A program made the position numbers and the translations under genes. DNA of 64,000 bases from Thermoproteota archaeon (GTDB taxonomy: Archaea; Thermoproteota; Thermoprotei; Thermofilales; B9-G17), in the NCBI GenBank assembly GCA_029258885.1, contig JAPDJW010000002.1:448001-512000 (forward strand). Reading direction: 5' to 3'. This document shows positions 18,411 to 29,242 of this stretch, in pieces (position 1 is the stretch's first letter; each line of letters starts with the position of its first letter). The notes beneath the pieces were generated by a model, which saw only the letters and a program-made list of their open reading frames with translations, had not been told where the DNA came from and did no database searches.

Positions 18411-19553
18411 TTGGTGTGGAGTATGATCAGCAAGAAAGATATGAAAATCATACAAAAGTATCCGAAATTATTCATTAAGAATAATGCAAAAATTTTTAGC
18501 CTATTAAGAGAATATCCAAGGAATTTATCTGAAATAGCTAGGCAACTCAAAATGCCGACAGAGACTGTTAGAAGCAGAGTATTAAAGCTTGTTAATAGTG
18601 GATTGATAAAAATTACTGCTATAGTTGACTACTACAAGTTAGGTCTCGGAAATTATAAGGCTTTCGTTAAGCCTAAAGCCATTAAAGGTATAAACTTTAA
18701 GGATTTCTTTACAATAGCACCCTATACATATCTCAAGACCAAGGTTCTAGGACAGCTAAGCGGCTTCTATTTTGGATACAACTTCCCGCTAGATAAGGAG
18801 AGAATACTCTACGACTTCTACGAGGAGGCTAGAAGGGCAGGTCTATTAAAGGACTACAGTATCTTTAAGGTCACTACTCCACTATATGTATTCCCAGACT
18901 TCTCCAAGTACTTCGATACTAAGAGGAGGAGATGGAATATCGATTGGGATGCATGGGTCGACGCTGTACTTACGACGGAGAAAGTTGAGTTCCCTGAGTT
19001 GTCCGTTGTCTCAAAGAAGGCTACTTTTGACGAAATAGACTTAACGGCAATAGCTATGCTCCAGGAGAACGGCATGGTAAGATTTGCCTCAATAGCTAGG
19101 AATGCTGGCATAACCCTGCAGGGACTAAGATACCACTACTACGAGCACATAGAGGATAAGAAGCTGATACTAGGATATCACGTCGACTTCTACCCGTATC
19201 CACCGATTCTCTGTAATGAGTATGTGCTTTGGATTTCATTCACAAGTGAAAAGAACATGTTCAGGTTCGTCGGTGCATCAGTGGATAAGCCATTCATGAA
19301 GATGTTCGAAAGAATTATAGGAGAGAATGAGCTGCTAACCACAGCTGTCCTGCCAGTGTTCGATCAAACGAAGTTCTTCAGGAGCCTAGAGAAGCTTGTC
19401 GACCTAGAGATAATATCATTCTATAAGGTAGGAATGCTGGATAAGGAGTCTCTCTACGAGGTATCAACGGTACCGCCAGGCAAGTATTATAGATCAGGTG
19501 CCTGGACTGTCTACGAGAGCAGGATAATGAATAAGATAAAGAGAGTATCCTAA
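18411..19553 (+). CDS. transcriptional regulator with two Lrp/AsnC-like HTH modules
   Basis: Two HTH segments: NLSEIARQLKMPTETVRSRV and DEIDL....QENG...FASIARNAGIT. Confidence 0.7.
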   Translation: MVWSMISKKDMKIIQKYPKLFIKNNAKIFSLLREYPRNLSEIARQLKMPTETVRSRVLKLVNSGLIKITAIVDYYKLGLGNYKAFVKPKAIKGINFKDFFTIAPYTYLKTKVLGQLSGFYFGYNFPLDKERILYDFYEEARRAGLLKDYSIFKVTTPLYVFPDFSKYFDTKRRRWNIDWDAWVDAVLTTEKVEFPELSVVSKKATFDEIDLTAIAMLQENGMVRFASIARNAGITLQGLRYHYYEHIEDKKLILGYHVDFYPYPPILCNEYVLWISFTSEKNMFRFVGASVDKPFMKMFERIIGENELLTTAVLPVFDQTKFFRSLEKLVDLEIISFYKVGMLDKESLYEVSTVPPGKYYRSGAWTVYESRIMNKIKRVS

Positions 19554-19855
19554 ATAACGCCTAAAAACCTTTTTCTTTTAATTTCTATCGTTAATACTCC
19601 ATTTTTATACTTCGCTTTAGCTGTCTCCGGAATAACCTCCTGTTTAAGCCTTATTATAGCATAGTACTTTATGTCGTAGCCTATAGCTGATATGACTACT
19701 TCATGTCTCCCAACTTCCACGCTTATCTTATCCTTGTATGCACCTGGCATATCCACAACAATTAGGAGTTTTCCTCCCTCAGAAATTATCTCATAATAGG
19801 GCTCAACAACATTTATTGTGTCATATCTCCAGTTCCTATACAATTTAGCCCCCAT
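19550..19855 (-). CDS. small heat shock protein (Hsp20)
   Basis: EP...I, VVDMPG..KDKI and AKAKYKNGVLTI alpha-crystallin motifs. Confidence 0.85.
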   Translation of the reverse strand: MGAKLYRNWRYDTINVVEPYYEIISEGGKLLIVVDMPGAYKDKISVEVGRHEVVISAIGYDIKYYAIIRLKQEVIPETAKAKYKNGVLTIEIKRKRFLGVI

Positions 19856-19908
19856 GATAATTATGAGGAACAGATATTTTAAATGTTCGACGGCTAAATT
19901 AAGGCTAA

Positions 19909-20682
19909 TTACATATAGTATCTAGGCGGTGCCTCGCCCTTCTTCTCCTTCTTTATTTTAGCTAACTGGCTAAGTTTCTCCGCTATAGTTGCCTTCATCT
20001 TCATATCTTCAATAACCTTATCTATCTTCGTGAAGTCGATTTTAAGATTAAACATCTCCGTTACAATCTTTATCACGTTCTTAGCTGCAATAACATCTGG
20101 ATAAAGCTGAGTAATACTGCCTAATAGACTAAACGCCTTTATATTATGGAGTTTAGCCAGACCGAGCATTATACCACATGCACCAGTAACCGCGCCGCCT
20201 TGAGATAATTTGACTCCATACTTCTTCAGGAGATTAGCTAAGTCCTCACTTGTAGCTACGCCAAAGACATTATATTTTCCGCTAACTGATGTTGTTCCAC
20301 CAAGTGTAACTATCATCTGAAGACCATATTTCGACGCATATTCTATTACCTTCTCAGCCACCGTATACTGTGCCCATGATACTGGCTGAGTATCTCCAGC
20401 TAAGAATATTATGTTCTTATCTCCTTTATAGGCATAAAATTCGTACTTTGGTAAGGATACGATACCCTTGTAATTAATTATAACCCCCGATTTACCATCT
20501 GGAAGAAGTAAATAGTCGGAGTATAGTTCGGCTATCTTGACAGGATTTAAAACTTCAATCATATAATCTACTGCAATTTTACCCACGAATCCAAGGCCTG
20601 GTAGGCCTTGGATTAATATAACGTCCTTTAAATCCATCTTTTCAAGCTCTATAATTTTAATCCAACCCACTAATCTTATCAC
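19909..20682 (-). CDS. PAC2 family proteasome assembly chaperone-like protein
   Basis: QGLPGLGFVGKIAVDY, GDTQP, TLGG, GACGIMLG, YPD..AA. Confidence 0.88.
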   Translation of the reverse strand: MIRLVGWIKIIELEKMDLKDVILIQGLPGLGFVGKIAVDYMIEVLNPVKIAELYSDYLLLPDGKSGVIINYKGIVSLPKYEFYAYKGDKNIIFLAGDTQPVSWAQYTVAEKVIEYASKYGLQMIVTLGGTTSVSGKYNVFGVATSEDLANLLKKYGVKLSQGGAVTGACGIMLGLAKLHNIKAFSLLGSITQLYPDVIAAKNVIKIVTEMFNLKIDFTKIDKVIEDMKMKATIAEKLSQLAKIKKEKKGEAPPRYYM

Positions 20683-20806
20683 CTCTAGCCATGTAGGTAG
20701 TATAACCCTTTCTATAAAAATATTTCCTAGTACATTTAATGTTATATTGCCATTGCCTTTTAACTACAGTAAACGGATATAGAAACATTAAGCTTATCTT
20801 AACTGT

Positions 20807-21979
20807 CTAATAGTAATCGCCTAGTAGCCATATGTTGCCTATGTTAATGTTCTTTAATCCTTCCTCCTTGGCTGCATTAAGACATTCAAGGGCATGAATC
20901 CTGCTCGTAGGAGGCAAATCGGTCAGCATATAGTCTGGGTGAAAAGCTAAGAGAGAGTACGGTATCTCGGGGTCTATGCTTGCAATAAAGCGAGCTATCA
21001 TCCTAACCTCGTATACGTCAACATACCCGGGAACCAGGAGGGTACTAGCCATTACTAATGGAACTTCAGGTCTTTCATCAATGTATTTACATGCAAGCTT
21101 AAAGTTCTCAAATAGCATCTTATTGCTAACGCCGGTTAACGCTTCATATATGGATGGAGTCCAAGCCTTTATATCGAACTTAAATATACCCCCGCTTTCA
21201 AGGGATAATTTAACAGCCACCTCGAGGAGCTTTGGATTCATTAAGCCGTTAGTTTCCCAGCATATTCTGAGAATTCTCCCGTCGTCCCTAGCCTTCTTCA
21301 ATGCAATTCTGGAGGTAGCTATTGCGTGAATAATCTGGGGAGATGGATCTCCACCGAAAAAACATATACATGTAACTTTATCGTGTACTTTTGACGCAAG
21401 CTCCCGTGCGCTCATTAATGGCTTTAACTTGCGTGTATTCTCTCTGTAGCTCCAGTTCTGACAAAATATACAGTCCAAATTGCATGCGCCATAGAATACT
21501 GCGAGATTATAGAACCCCCTCTCGCCGTCACTCTTAACAGCATATTTAGGGTAGCCTAAGCCGGTAGTAGCTGGACAGAACCATTCAGCTACGCAGTTCG
21601 TGGGCAAGGGATCGTAGTAGTAGTCGACTACGGCCTTATCGGGAAATCCGGCGTATCGATAGAGCCTGCCATTCCTGTTTTCGACAAGCCCGCAGAATCC
21701 CTTCTCGCCCTCCTTGAGCTCACATTCATTAGCGCAAATATTACATTTAACGCTCCCCCCTTTAGGTGGGGAACCGGGGAGGCCGTATCTACCTCTACTG
21801 ATGACGTGGCTTCTTCTGGCTATTGCTAATGCTTCCTCGGGGTTATTCCTTAGACACTCGCTGCAGACTCCAATAACCTCGGATATGACTACGTCCTCCC
21901 TGCCACATAGCTTACACTTCTTCTTCCTAGTATTATATCCCGTAAACCTGAGGAACATTTTCTCGTACTCTATATTCAT
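20807..21979 (-). CDS. radical SAM enzyme (AmmeMemoRadiSam/PFL-AE-like subfamily)
   Basis: CNLDCIFCQNW (CxxxCxxC), FFGGDP, WETNG, STLLVPG, LAFHP; extra N-terminal Cys clusters (CKLC, CSEC, CNICANEC). Confidence 0.88.
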   Translation of the reverse strand: MNIEYEKMFLRFTGYNTRKKKCKLCGREDVVISEVIGVCSECLRNNPEEALAIARRSHVISRGRYGLPGSPPKGGSVKCNICANECELKEGEKGFCGLVENRNGRLYRYAGFPDKAVVDYYYDPLPTNCVAEWFCPATTGLGYPKYAVKSDGERGFYNLAVFYGACNLDCIFCQNWSYRENTRKLKPLMSARELASKVHDKVTCICFFGGDPSPQIIHAIATSRIALKKARDDGRILRICWETNGLMNPKLLEVAVKLSLESGGIFKFDIKAWTPSIYEALTGVSNKMLFENFKLACKYIDERPEVPLVMASTLLVPGYVDVYEVRMIARFIASIDPEIPYSLLAFHPDYMLTDLPPTSRIHALECLNAAKEEGLKNINIGNIWLLGDYY

Positions 21980-22077
21980 ATATTCACTGATAAAGCTAGC
22001 GAGCCAATATTGTTGGCTTAAGGTTAGCGAAACACTCTTATGTCAATTAACTGAAAATAGTATATTGTAGTGGTAGT

Positions 22078-23133
22078 ATGGAAAAGAATATTCATGAGGC
22101 AAGATACTATAGGGAACTCGAGGATAATGTCGTTCAATGCTATGTTTGTGCTCACAAGTGTATCATAAAGCCTGGTGGAAGAGGCATATGTCTAGCTAGA
22201 GAAAACATAGATGGTAAACTCTACCTGCTAGTCTACGGGAGAATTTCTGCTATGAGTATAGATCCAATCGAGAAGAAGCCTCTCTTCCACTGGTATCCCG
22301 GCTCTCCAACATTCAGCATCAGCACAGTCGGATGCAACTTTAGGTGTCCTTGGTGTCAAAATCATGACATCTCTCGAGCTGATCCGAAGGAGGTGCACCT
22401 TAGATACGTGCCCCCGGAAGAGGTGGTTAGATTAGCGGTTAAGTACGAGTGTCCTTCAATATCAATAACTTATAATGAGCCTATAATATGGTTTGAATAT
22501 GGTATAGATGTAGCGAAGCTTGCTTCAAAACATGACTTAAAAATAGTGTTCGTCACTAACGGCTATTTCAGCGAGGAAATAGTATCCGAGGCGGCAAAGT
22601 ATATACATGCAGCAAATGTTGATGTTAAGGCCTTCAAGGAGGAGACCTATAGGAGATATATCGGTGCAAGGCTTCAGCCAGTACTCGACGCGATAGTAGC
22701 GTTAAAGGAGAAGGGAGTACATGTAGAGACAACGTATCTAGTCATACCCGACCTAAACGATGATCCTAAGGAAATAGAAGCTATGGCTAAGTGGCATTTA
22801 GAAAACTTAGGCCCAGATACTCCGTTGCATATAAGCAGGTTTTTCCCTCACTATAAGTTTCTGGATAGACCTCCAACGCCCATAGAAACCCTAGTGAGAG
22901 CATACAAGATAGCGAAAGAGGTAGGCCTAAACTACGTATATCTCGGAAACGTTCCAGGGCACTCCGGCGAGAACACTTATTGTCCCTCATGCGGAAAAAT
23001 GCTCATTAGAAGAATAGGGTTCTACATAAGCGAATGGAATCTAACAGATGACAACAAATGCAAGTACTGTGGAGCCAAAATATCAGTAGTAGGGAAGTAT
23101 CTAAAAGCTAAAAGATGGAGCTGGCTCTGGTAA
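22078..23133 (+). CDS. amrS: AmmeMemoRadiSam system radical SAM enzyme
   Basis: C.VC.HKC, DPIEKKPLFH, CNFRCPWCQN, TYNEP, NVDVKAF, PLHISRFFP, YVYLGNVPG, TYCP.CG. Confidence 0.88.
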   Translation: MEKNIHEARYYRELEDNVVQCYVCAHKCIIKPGGRGICLARENIDGKLYLLVYGRISAMSIDPIEKKPLFHWYPGSPTFSISTVGCNFRCPWCQNHDISRADPKEVHLRYVPPEEVVRLAVKYECPSISITYNEPIIWFEYGIDVAKLASKHDLKIVFVTNGYFSEEIVSEAAKYIHAANVDVKAFKEETYRRYIGARLQPVLDAIVALKEKGVHVETTYLVIPDLNDDPKEIEAMAKWHLENLGPDTPLHISRFFPHYKFLDRPPTPIETLVRAYKIAKEVGLNYVYLGNVPGHSGENTYCPSCGKMLIRRIGFYISEWNLTDDNKCKYCGAKISVVGKYLKAKRWSWLW

Positions 23134-23164
23134 CTTTACTAGCTTTAGAGCAATGGGGTAGTAT

Positions 23165-23833
23165 TTGAACCATCTAGTTATGGCCATCTTAACGTATATA
23201 GCTATAGTATGCATAAACCTAACTAAATTCACATTTGAATTTCATGCGGCGAATACTCTTTCATACATCATAATGATCTTAAGCTACCTATATTCATCTC
23301 GAGCGGATTATAGGCGGAGGATAGTGAATTTCTATTCGTCAATGAAAAGCGGAGCATTTTATGCCTTAATACCGCATGCCTTTAACCTAGCTATCCTAGG
23401 GACAAGCGGTTACGCGCAAATAACTGGATACAGTTATCCAATACTGCAAATACTATCATGCACCGTATCGTCGTTTTCGGAAGAGCTCTACTTTAGATTC
23501 TTCCTCTACGAGAATTTTCAAAAGGCGGTTGGCAGAATAACATTTTCGATAATAGTTGTATCTGCCATGTTTTCTATATATCACCTTCCGCCGAAACTTG
23601 ACATTACTCTGACAATATTTATATCAAGTTATTTTATAATGGGAGTTATACTCCAGGAACTATACATAAGAGATGGATTACTAACTCCCATCCTATTTCA
23701 TACGGCGTTTAACCTGATAGGTGGAGTATATGCAATAAGCCTAAACACTCTCGCGTCAATAATTTACAACTCAACACTAACTCTGGCATTAGTGGTTTTT
23801 ATGATAGCTAATAATATTTCTGCTGATGCTTAA
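23165..23833 (+). CDS. CPBP/Abi family intramembrane metalloprotease
   Basis: SEELYFR, FSIYH and PILFHTAFN motifs within a multi-TM protein. Confidence 0.82.
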   Translation: MNHLVMAILTYIAIVCINLTKFTFEFHAANTLSYIIMILSYLYSSRADYRRRIVNFYSSMKSGAFYALIPHAFNLAILGTSGYAQITGYSYPILQILSCTVSSFSEELYFRFFLYENFQKAVGRITFSIIVVSAMFSIYHLPPKLDITLTIFISSYFIMGVILQELYIRDGLLTPILFHTAFNLIGGVYAISLNTLASIIYNSTLTLALVVFMIANNISADA

Positions 23834-24017
23834 TAGTTTTCTTGGTTGACTATATAGGGTTTAAGTTGTTTAGGCTGTAGTAAAGTATTTATAAACTATT
23901 TATAATGTAATATTCTGCCGTCTGGGGTGGTTACATACGCTATACCTATCCTAGTCTTTTGAAAGGGAAAGAATTTTTCTATATCCTAGAATATAGTCTC
24001 CTTCTGGTGATGCCCTG

Positions 24018-26840
24018 ATGCTGAGTTTCCACTCTATAGAGGAGAAGTGGCAGAGAAGGTGGGAGGATGCAAGAATATTCGAAGCGGATCCTGATCCAAG
24101 TAGACCTAAGGTCTTCGTGACCTTCCCGTATCCCTACCTAAACGGTCCACTACACTTGGGACATGCCTATACGTGTACGAAAGTCGATATCTATGCTAGG
24201 TTTAAGAGGATGCAGGGATACAATGTGCTCTTCCCACAGGGATGGCATGCTACAGGCGAGCCTATCCAGGGCGTAGCTGAAAGGGTTAAGCTTGGGGATA
24301 AAGTTCAGATAAAAATACTGCTCGACAGCGGTGTTCCGGAAAGCGAGATACAGAAGTTTACAGATCCCAAGTATATAGCTGAATACTACCGTAAGTTAGC
24401 GAAAAGGGATATGAAGAGAATGGGTTACTCGATAGACTGGAGGAGGGAGTTCATAACTACGACCTTAACGCCCACGTATAGCCGTTTCATAGAGTGGCAA
24501 TACAATACTCTTAGAAAGAAGGGCTATGTCACTAGGGGAACTCACCCGGTTATATGGTGTCCTAGGTGTCAAAGTCCAACAGGTGATCATGATAGGCTTG
24601 AGGGGGAGGGTGTCTCACCCATAGAATACGTGTTACTGAAGTTCAGGTATAACGATGCATACCTCATGGCTGCGACCCTCAGGCCTGAAACGATATACGG
24701 AGTTACTAACATGTGGATTAATCCCGATGCAGACTATGTTCTAGCGCTCGTGGATGGAGAGAAGTGGATAGTAAGTAAGGCTACGGTTATAAAGCTAATC
24801 GACCAGCTCAGGGACGTTAAGGTACTGGAGGAATTTAAGGGGGCTAAATTAATAGGAAAGAAGTGTTGGAACCCCGTTAGGAAGGAGTACATCTACATAC
24901 TTCCAGCGTACTTCATAGATCCAGAGACAGCCACCGGAGTAGTTATGAGCGTCCCCAGCCATGCACCGTACGACTATCTAGCTTTAAGGGATTTGAAGAG
25001 AAATCCGGAGGTGCTCAGGAAATTCAATATCGATCCGAAAGTACTGGAGGAGATAAAGCCTATATCCATAATAAGCGTTGAGGGGTTTGGCGAGCATCCA
25101 GCAATAGAGGTTGTCGAGAAACTTGGGGTAAGGGATCAAAATGATCCTAAGGCTGAGGAAGCAACCAAGGAGGTATACAGGAGAGAGTACCACATGGGTG
25201 TAATGAAGGATAACTGTGGACCATACGCTGGGGTGAAGGTATCTGAGATTAAAGATAAGTTAATCGAAGACTTTAAGAGGGAGAGAATCGCTGATATTCT
25301 CTGGGATCCGGCTGACGTCGTTATATGTAGATGCACTACTAGATGCCACGTTAAAATACTTAAGGACCAGTGGTTCTTGAGGTTTAGCGATGAGGAATGG
25401 AAGAATAAGGTTAGGGAGCATCTCAGGAATATGCGTATTATACCTGAGGAGGCTAGAGAGGCCTTCGAATACACGATCAACTGGCTCAAGGATAAGCCAT
25501 GCGCTAGAAGGACAGGATTAGGTACGCCTCTTCCATGGGATCCTGACTGGATAGTTGAGACCTTATCCGATAGCGTAATCTACATGGCATACTACACTAT
25601 AGCTAAACACATAAACAAGTATAAGATCCCTGCTGAAAAGTTAACCGACGAAGTCTTCGACTATATATTCTTAAATAAGGGCAACGTTGACGAAATAGCA
25701 GCTAGAGCTGGCTTAGATAAGGATCTTCTGGAGGATATGAAGAAGGAGTTCGAGTACTGGTATCCTGTGGATCTTAGAGTTAGCGCTAAGGAGCTGGTAT
25801 ATAACCATCTAACGTTCTTTCTCTTCCATCACGTAGCTATCTTCAGGCCCGAACATTGGCCTAGGGCGATTGGAGTAAATGGAATGATAATGGTTGAAGG
25901 GAGAAAGATGAGTAAAAGGCTCGGCAATTTCATAACCATAAATGAGCTCTTAACTAAATATGGTGCGGACGTAGCTAGGTTTGCTCTCGCATACTGCGGT
26001 GAGGGACTTGAGGATCCAGATTGGAGGTTTAAGGAGGTTGAGGCAATTAAGAGGCACCTAGAGGCATTCTATAACATGGCTACTTCTCTAAGTGAAATCA
26101 AGCTTATGGAGGAGGATGATATGGATAAATGGCTTAGAAGCAGGCTTCAGAGGCACATTAGGGATACTATAGAGCACCTAGAGAATCTGAGGACTAGAAG
26201 TGCCATACAGTCCGGCTTTTTCGAGATATTGGCGGATATAAGGTGGTATGTAAGGAGAAAGGGAGGATATGGGCCAGCATATATAGACGCTATTGAGACG
26301 ATTGTTAAGCTCATGGCGCCTATTATTCCACATATGGCAGAGGAGATATGGGAGAAGTGGGGCAGGGAGGGATTTATATCCTTAAGTAAATATCCGGAGT
26401 ATAGAGTGGAGTATGTGAACGAGAGAATAGAATTGAGGGAAGAGTACATTAAGAGAGTCTATGGGGATATTAAGGAGATAATTAGGGTAGTGAAGATTGA
26501 GAAGCCGAAGAAGCTTATCCTCTTTGTAGCTCCTAAGTGGAAGTATATAGTGTACAATGAGGCCATTAAGGACAAGGAGAATTTAATCAAAAGGGTTATG
26601 GCTATACCTGAGGTTAGGGAGAAGGGAGTTAAAGCGGTAAACTTTGTCAAGCAGCTGTTAAAGTTGGGTGTGGAAGATAAGATATTAACACAGGACGAGG
26701 AGTATGAGACGCTTATCTCAGCTATAGATTTCCTGAAAAAGGAATTTAAGCTGGAGGTTCAAGTTATAAAGGCTGAGTTTTCGGAGAATCCCAAGGCAGA
26801 AAAAGCTCTACCTATGAAACCTGGTATATTTATAAAGTAA
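24018..26840 (+). CDS. leuS: leucine--tRNA ligase (archaeal type)
   Basis: PYPYLNGPLHLGH (HIGH), ATLRPET editing domain, GTGVVMSVP-like ATGVVMSVPSHAPYD, KMSKR, C-terminal KALPMKPGI. Confidence 0.97.
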   Translation: MLSFHSIEEKWQRRWEDARIFEADPDPSRPKVFVTFPYPYLNGPLHLGHAYTCTKVDIYARFKRMQGYNVLFPQGWHATGEPIQGVAERVKLGDKVQIKILLDSGVPESEIQKFTDPKYIAEYYRKLAKRDMKRMGYSIDWRREFITTTLTPTYSRFIEWQYNTLRKKGYVTRGTHPVIWCPRCQSPTGDHDRLEGEGVSPIEYVLLKFRYNDAYLMAATLRPETIYGVTNMWINPDADYVLALVDGEKWIVSKATVIKLIDQLRDVKVLEEFKGAKLIGKKCWNPVRKEYIYILPAYFIDPETATGVVMSVPSHAPYDYLALRDLKRNPEVLRKFNIDPKVLEEIKPISIISVEGFGEHPAIEVVEKLGVRDQNDPKAEEATKEVYRREYHMGVMKDNCGPYAGVKVSEIKDKLIEDFKRERIADILWDPADVVICRCTTRCHVKILKDQWFLRFSDEEWKNKVREHLRNMRIIPEEAREAFEYTINWLKDKPCARRTGLGTPLPWDPDWIVETLSDSVIYMAYYTIAKHINKYKIPAEKLTDEVFDYIFLNKGNVDEIAARAGLDKDLLEDMKKEFEYWYPVDLRVSAKELVYNHLTFFLFHHVAIFRPEHWPRAIGVNGMIMVEGRKMSKRLGNFITINELLTKYGADVARFALAYCGEGLEDPDWRFKEVEAIKRHLEAFYNMATSLSEIKLMEEDDMDKWLRSRLQRHIRDTIEHLENLRTRSAIQSGFFEILADIRWYVRRKGGYGPAYIDAIETIVKLMAPIIPHMAEEIWEKWGREGFISLSKYPEYRVEYVNERIELREEYIKRVYGDIKEIIRVVKIEKPKKLILFVAPKWKYIVYNEAIKDKENLIKRVMAIPEVREKGVKAVNFVKQLLKLGVEDKILTQDEEYETLISAIDFLKKEFKLEVQVIKAEFSENPKAEKALPMKPGIFIK

Positions 26841-26938
26841 CTTTTTGTAATTAACTAAAATTTTTATATAAAAACTTAAACATTACATATATTTACTTTT
26901 AAATATATATTATCATTACTGAAGGGCGGGAATCAGCA

Positions 26939-27622
26939 ATGAAGGTGATGAACAGAATAAGGACGGGAACTAAAGGATTAGATGAACTTATAGAAGGAGG
27001 TTTTCCTGAAAATTCTCTAATACTCCTCGCTGGCCATCCAGGTACAGGTAAAACTATAATGTCATGGCAATTCCTAATCGAAGGAGCTAGAAATGGAGAG
27101 AAGGGTCTGTATATATCTTTTATGGAGTCCCCCGAAGAACACGTAAGGAATTTAAAAGAGGTTAGTATAGATATACAGCCCTTTATTGACCGTGGACTAA
27201 TAGAGATATTAGAGCTCATGCCAACTCTAGATAAAGGTCTTGAATCTACATTAAATTTAATTTGGCAGAAAATCGAAGAGTTTAGGCCCAAAAGAATAGT
27301 CTTAGATTCTGTTACAGCAATATTAATGGTCGTACCTAGGCCCGAATCAAGGGTCATAGTACATTTATTTAAAAAAGTTATTAGGAAATTCGGTTCTACA
27401 GCAATATTAATAGTCGAGGTTCCCGTGGGAAAGGAAAGCATAGGCTATAGTGTTGAGGAATTTGTTGCTGATGGAATAATATTCTTAAGGCACTACCATA
27501 CAGGCCATGAAAGACTTATTAAGCTCGATATAATTAAGATGAGAGGAACTAATCACAGTAACTTATCTCATGCTATACATATATCTAATGAGGGCTTAGA
27601 AATAACCGGGATAGCTATTTAA
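26939..27622 (+). CDS. KaiC/RAD55 family RecA-like ATPase (single domain)
   Basis: TGTKGLDELIEGG, GHPGTGKT, VLDS, EEFVADGII, KMRGT.H. Confidence 0.9.
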   Translation: MKVMNRIRTGTKGLDELIEGGFPENSLILLAGHPGTGKTIMSWQFLIEGARNGEKGLYISFMESPEEHVRNLKEVSIDIQPFIDRGLIEILELMPTLDKGLESTLNLIWQKIEEFRPKRIVLDSVTAILMVVPRPESRVIVHLFKKVIRKFGSTAILIVEVPVGKESIGYSVEEFVADGIIFLRHYHTGHERLIKLDIIKMRGTNHSNLSHAIHISNEGLEITGIAI

Positions 27623-27843
27623 CCTTATATTAACATCTATTTTATCCCTATAAGTAATTATAAGATCCACTTAAGCTAGCCTCTACATCTTTAAATCAAA
27701 AGCCATTAGGTTACGTTAGTTCGTAGCAAGATGATACATATACATAAAATTATTAACATTTAGTGACGCTAATTTAAACTTAAATTAGCAAAAGATATTT
27801 AAGCTAAAGATACTTAAAAATAGGGTCATTGAGGTGTGTTTTA

Positions 27844-29088
27844 ATGGATATAGCTTATTTTGTATGGGAATATCCACCTCGACTTGTTGGTGGACTTGGA
27901 ACTTATGCTACCGAAATTACTAGACAGTTTGTTAAGATGGGACATAACGTATCTGTCTTCACGCTGAATCCTGGGAACCTTAAAACTAGGGAGCTTATAG
28001 CTGGAGTAGAGGTACATAGACCATTGCTTGTAGACTTATCAGACATAATATTTGATGTTGTAGCTGAGGATATTAAAAGGTGGGGTCCTGGAATAAAGTT
28101 CTTTGCTGATATATTCCTCTATAATTTGCTCTCAGCTTCGAAGCTTGTAAACGACCTCGTTAAGGGCGAACGCAGAAGCTTCGATATAATATCCGCACAT
28201 GACTGGCTCTCGGTAATATCAGGCATAGTATCTAAAAAAGAGCTTAATATCCCGATGGTATTTCATATACACTCTACGGAACAAGGCAGAACTATGGGTA
28301 ACGGATCAAAAGTTGTTATGGAGCTGGAGAAGAAAGGAGGTCTACATGCCGACGCAATAATAACCGTGTCGAACTCCATGAAGAAGGAGTTAACAGAACT
28401 CGGATATCCAGCCGAAAAAATTAGGGTAGTATGGAACGGAGTAGATGCAAATAAATACGACCCATCAAGGGTGTCCGAGGAGAGGATAAGGGAGATAAGG
28501 GCAAAATATGGTATAGGCGACGATGACTTCATGATATTTTTTATAGGTCGACTAGCTAGAGTAAAGGGGGTAGACAAGCTAATTCAGGCCATGCCCTACG
28601 TACTGGAGAAGCATCCAAGTGCAAAGCTCGTAATAGTTGGGCTAGGCGATCTAAAGAATAAGCTAGTCAAACAAGCAAAAGTTCTAGGGATAGCTGATAA
28701 AGTAAAGTTTAGATTTGAATTCATATCCGAGGATGAAAGAATAGCCCACTACGCGGCCTGTGACGTAGCTGTCTTTCCTAGCCTCTATGAGCCGTTCGGA
28801 ATAGTAGCACTAGAGGCAATGTCCATGGCAAGGCCCGTAGTCGTGGGAGCAAGAGGAATATGCGGCTTTAAGGAAAGCGTGGTGCCAGCTGGGCCTGAAC
28901 AGACAGGAATACATGTAAACCCGTATGATCCGAGGGATATAGCTTGGGGAATAAACTGTATCCTAGATGATCCGGAAAAGGGAAAATGGATGGGTGAAAA
29001 CGGCAGGAGAAGAGTTCTAAAGGAATTTACGTGGAAGAAAATAGCTGAAAAGACCATTAAAATATATGAAGAGGTTGCATCAAAATAG
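27844..29088 (+). CDS. GT4 glycosyltransferase (glycogen synthase-like)
   Basis: WEYPP..VGGLG, HDWL, HSTEQGR, GRL...KG, PSLYEPFGIVALEAM. ATG at 27844 follows a GAGGTG SD. Confidence 0.9.
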   Translation: MDIAYFVWEYPPRLVGGLGTYATEITRQFVKMGHNVSVFTLNPGNLKTRELIAGVEVHRPLLVDLSDIIFDVVAEDIKRWGPGIKFFADIFLYNLLSASKLVNDLVKGERRSFDIISAHDWLSVISGIVSKKELNIPMVFHIHSTEQGRTMGNGSKVVMELEKKGGLHADAIITVSNSMKKELTELGYPAEKIRVVWNGVDANKYDPSRVSEERIREIRAKYGIGDDDFMIFFIGRLARVKGVDKLIQAMPYVLEKHPSAKLVIVGLGDLKNKLVKQAKVLGIADKVKFRFEFISEDERIAHYAACDVAVFPSLYEPFGIVALEAMSMARPVVVGARGICGFKESVVPAGPEQTGIHVNPYDPRDIAWGINCILDDPEKGKWMGENGRRRVLKEFTWKKIAEKTIKIYEEVASK

Positions 29089-29242
29089 CAAATCATAGTT
29101 TAATTTCTTGAATATACGGTAGTGAAAGCATTTAACATAGGAAGTCAACATAGCTTCTTTTCAGTAATATAAAAACATCAATATAATAATAGATATATCG
29201 ATTATAATCTTCGATAATATTCTGAAATTAAAATCCTAAGAG

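Noticed and set aside
26861-26874. Perfect palindrome TTTTTATATAAAAA
   Set aside because: Low-complexity AT sequence, adequately explained as a leuS terminator/TATA box for the KaiC-like gene.
26939-27622. Circadian clock KaiC
   Set aside because: Single-domain KaiC/RAD55 ATPases are ubiquitous in archaea, and there is no kaiA, kaiB or double domain here.
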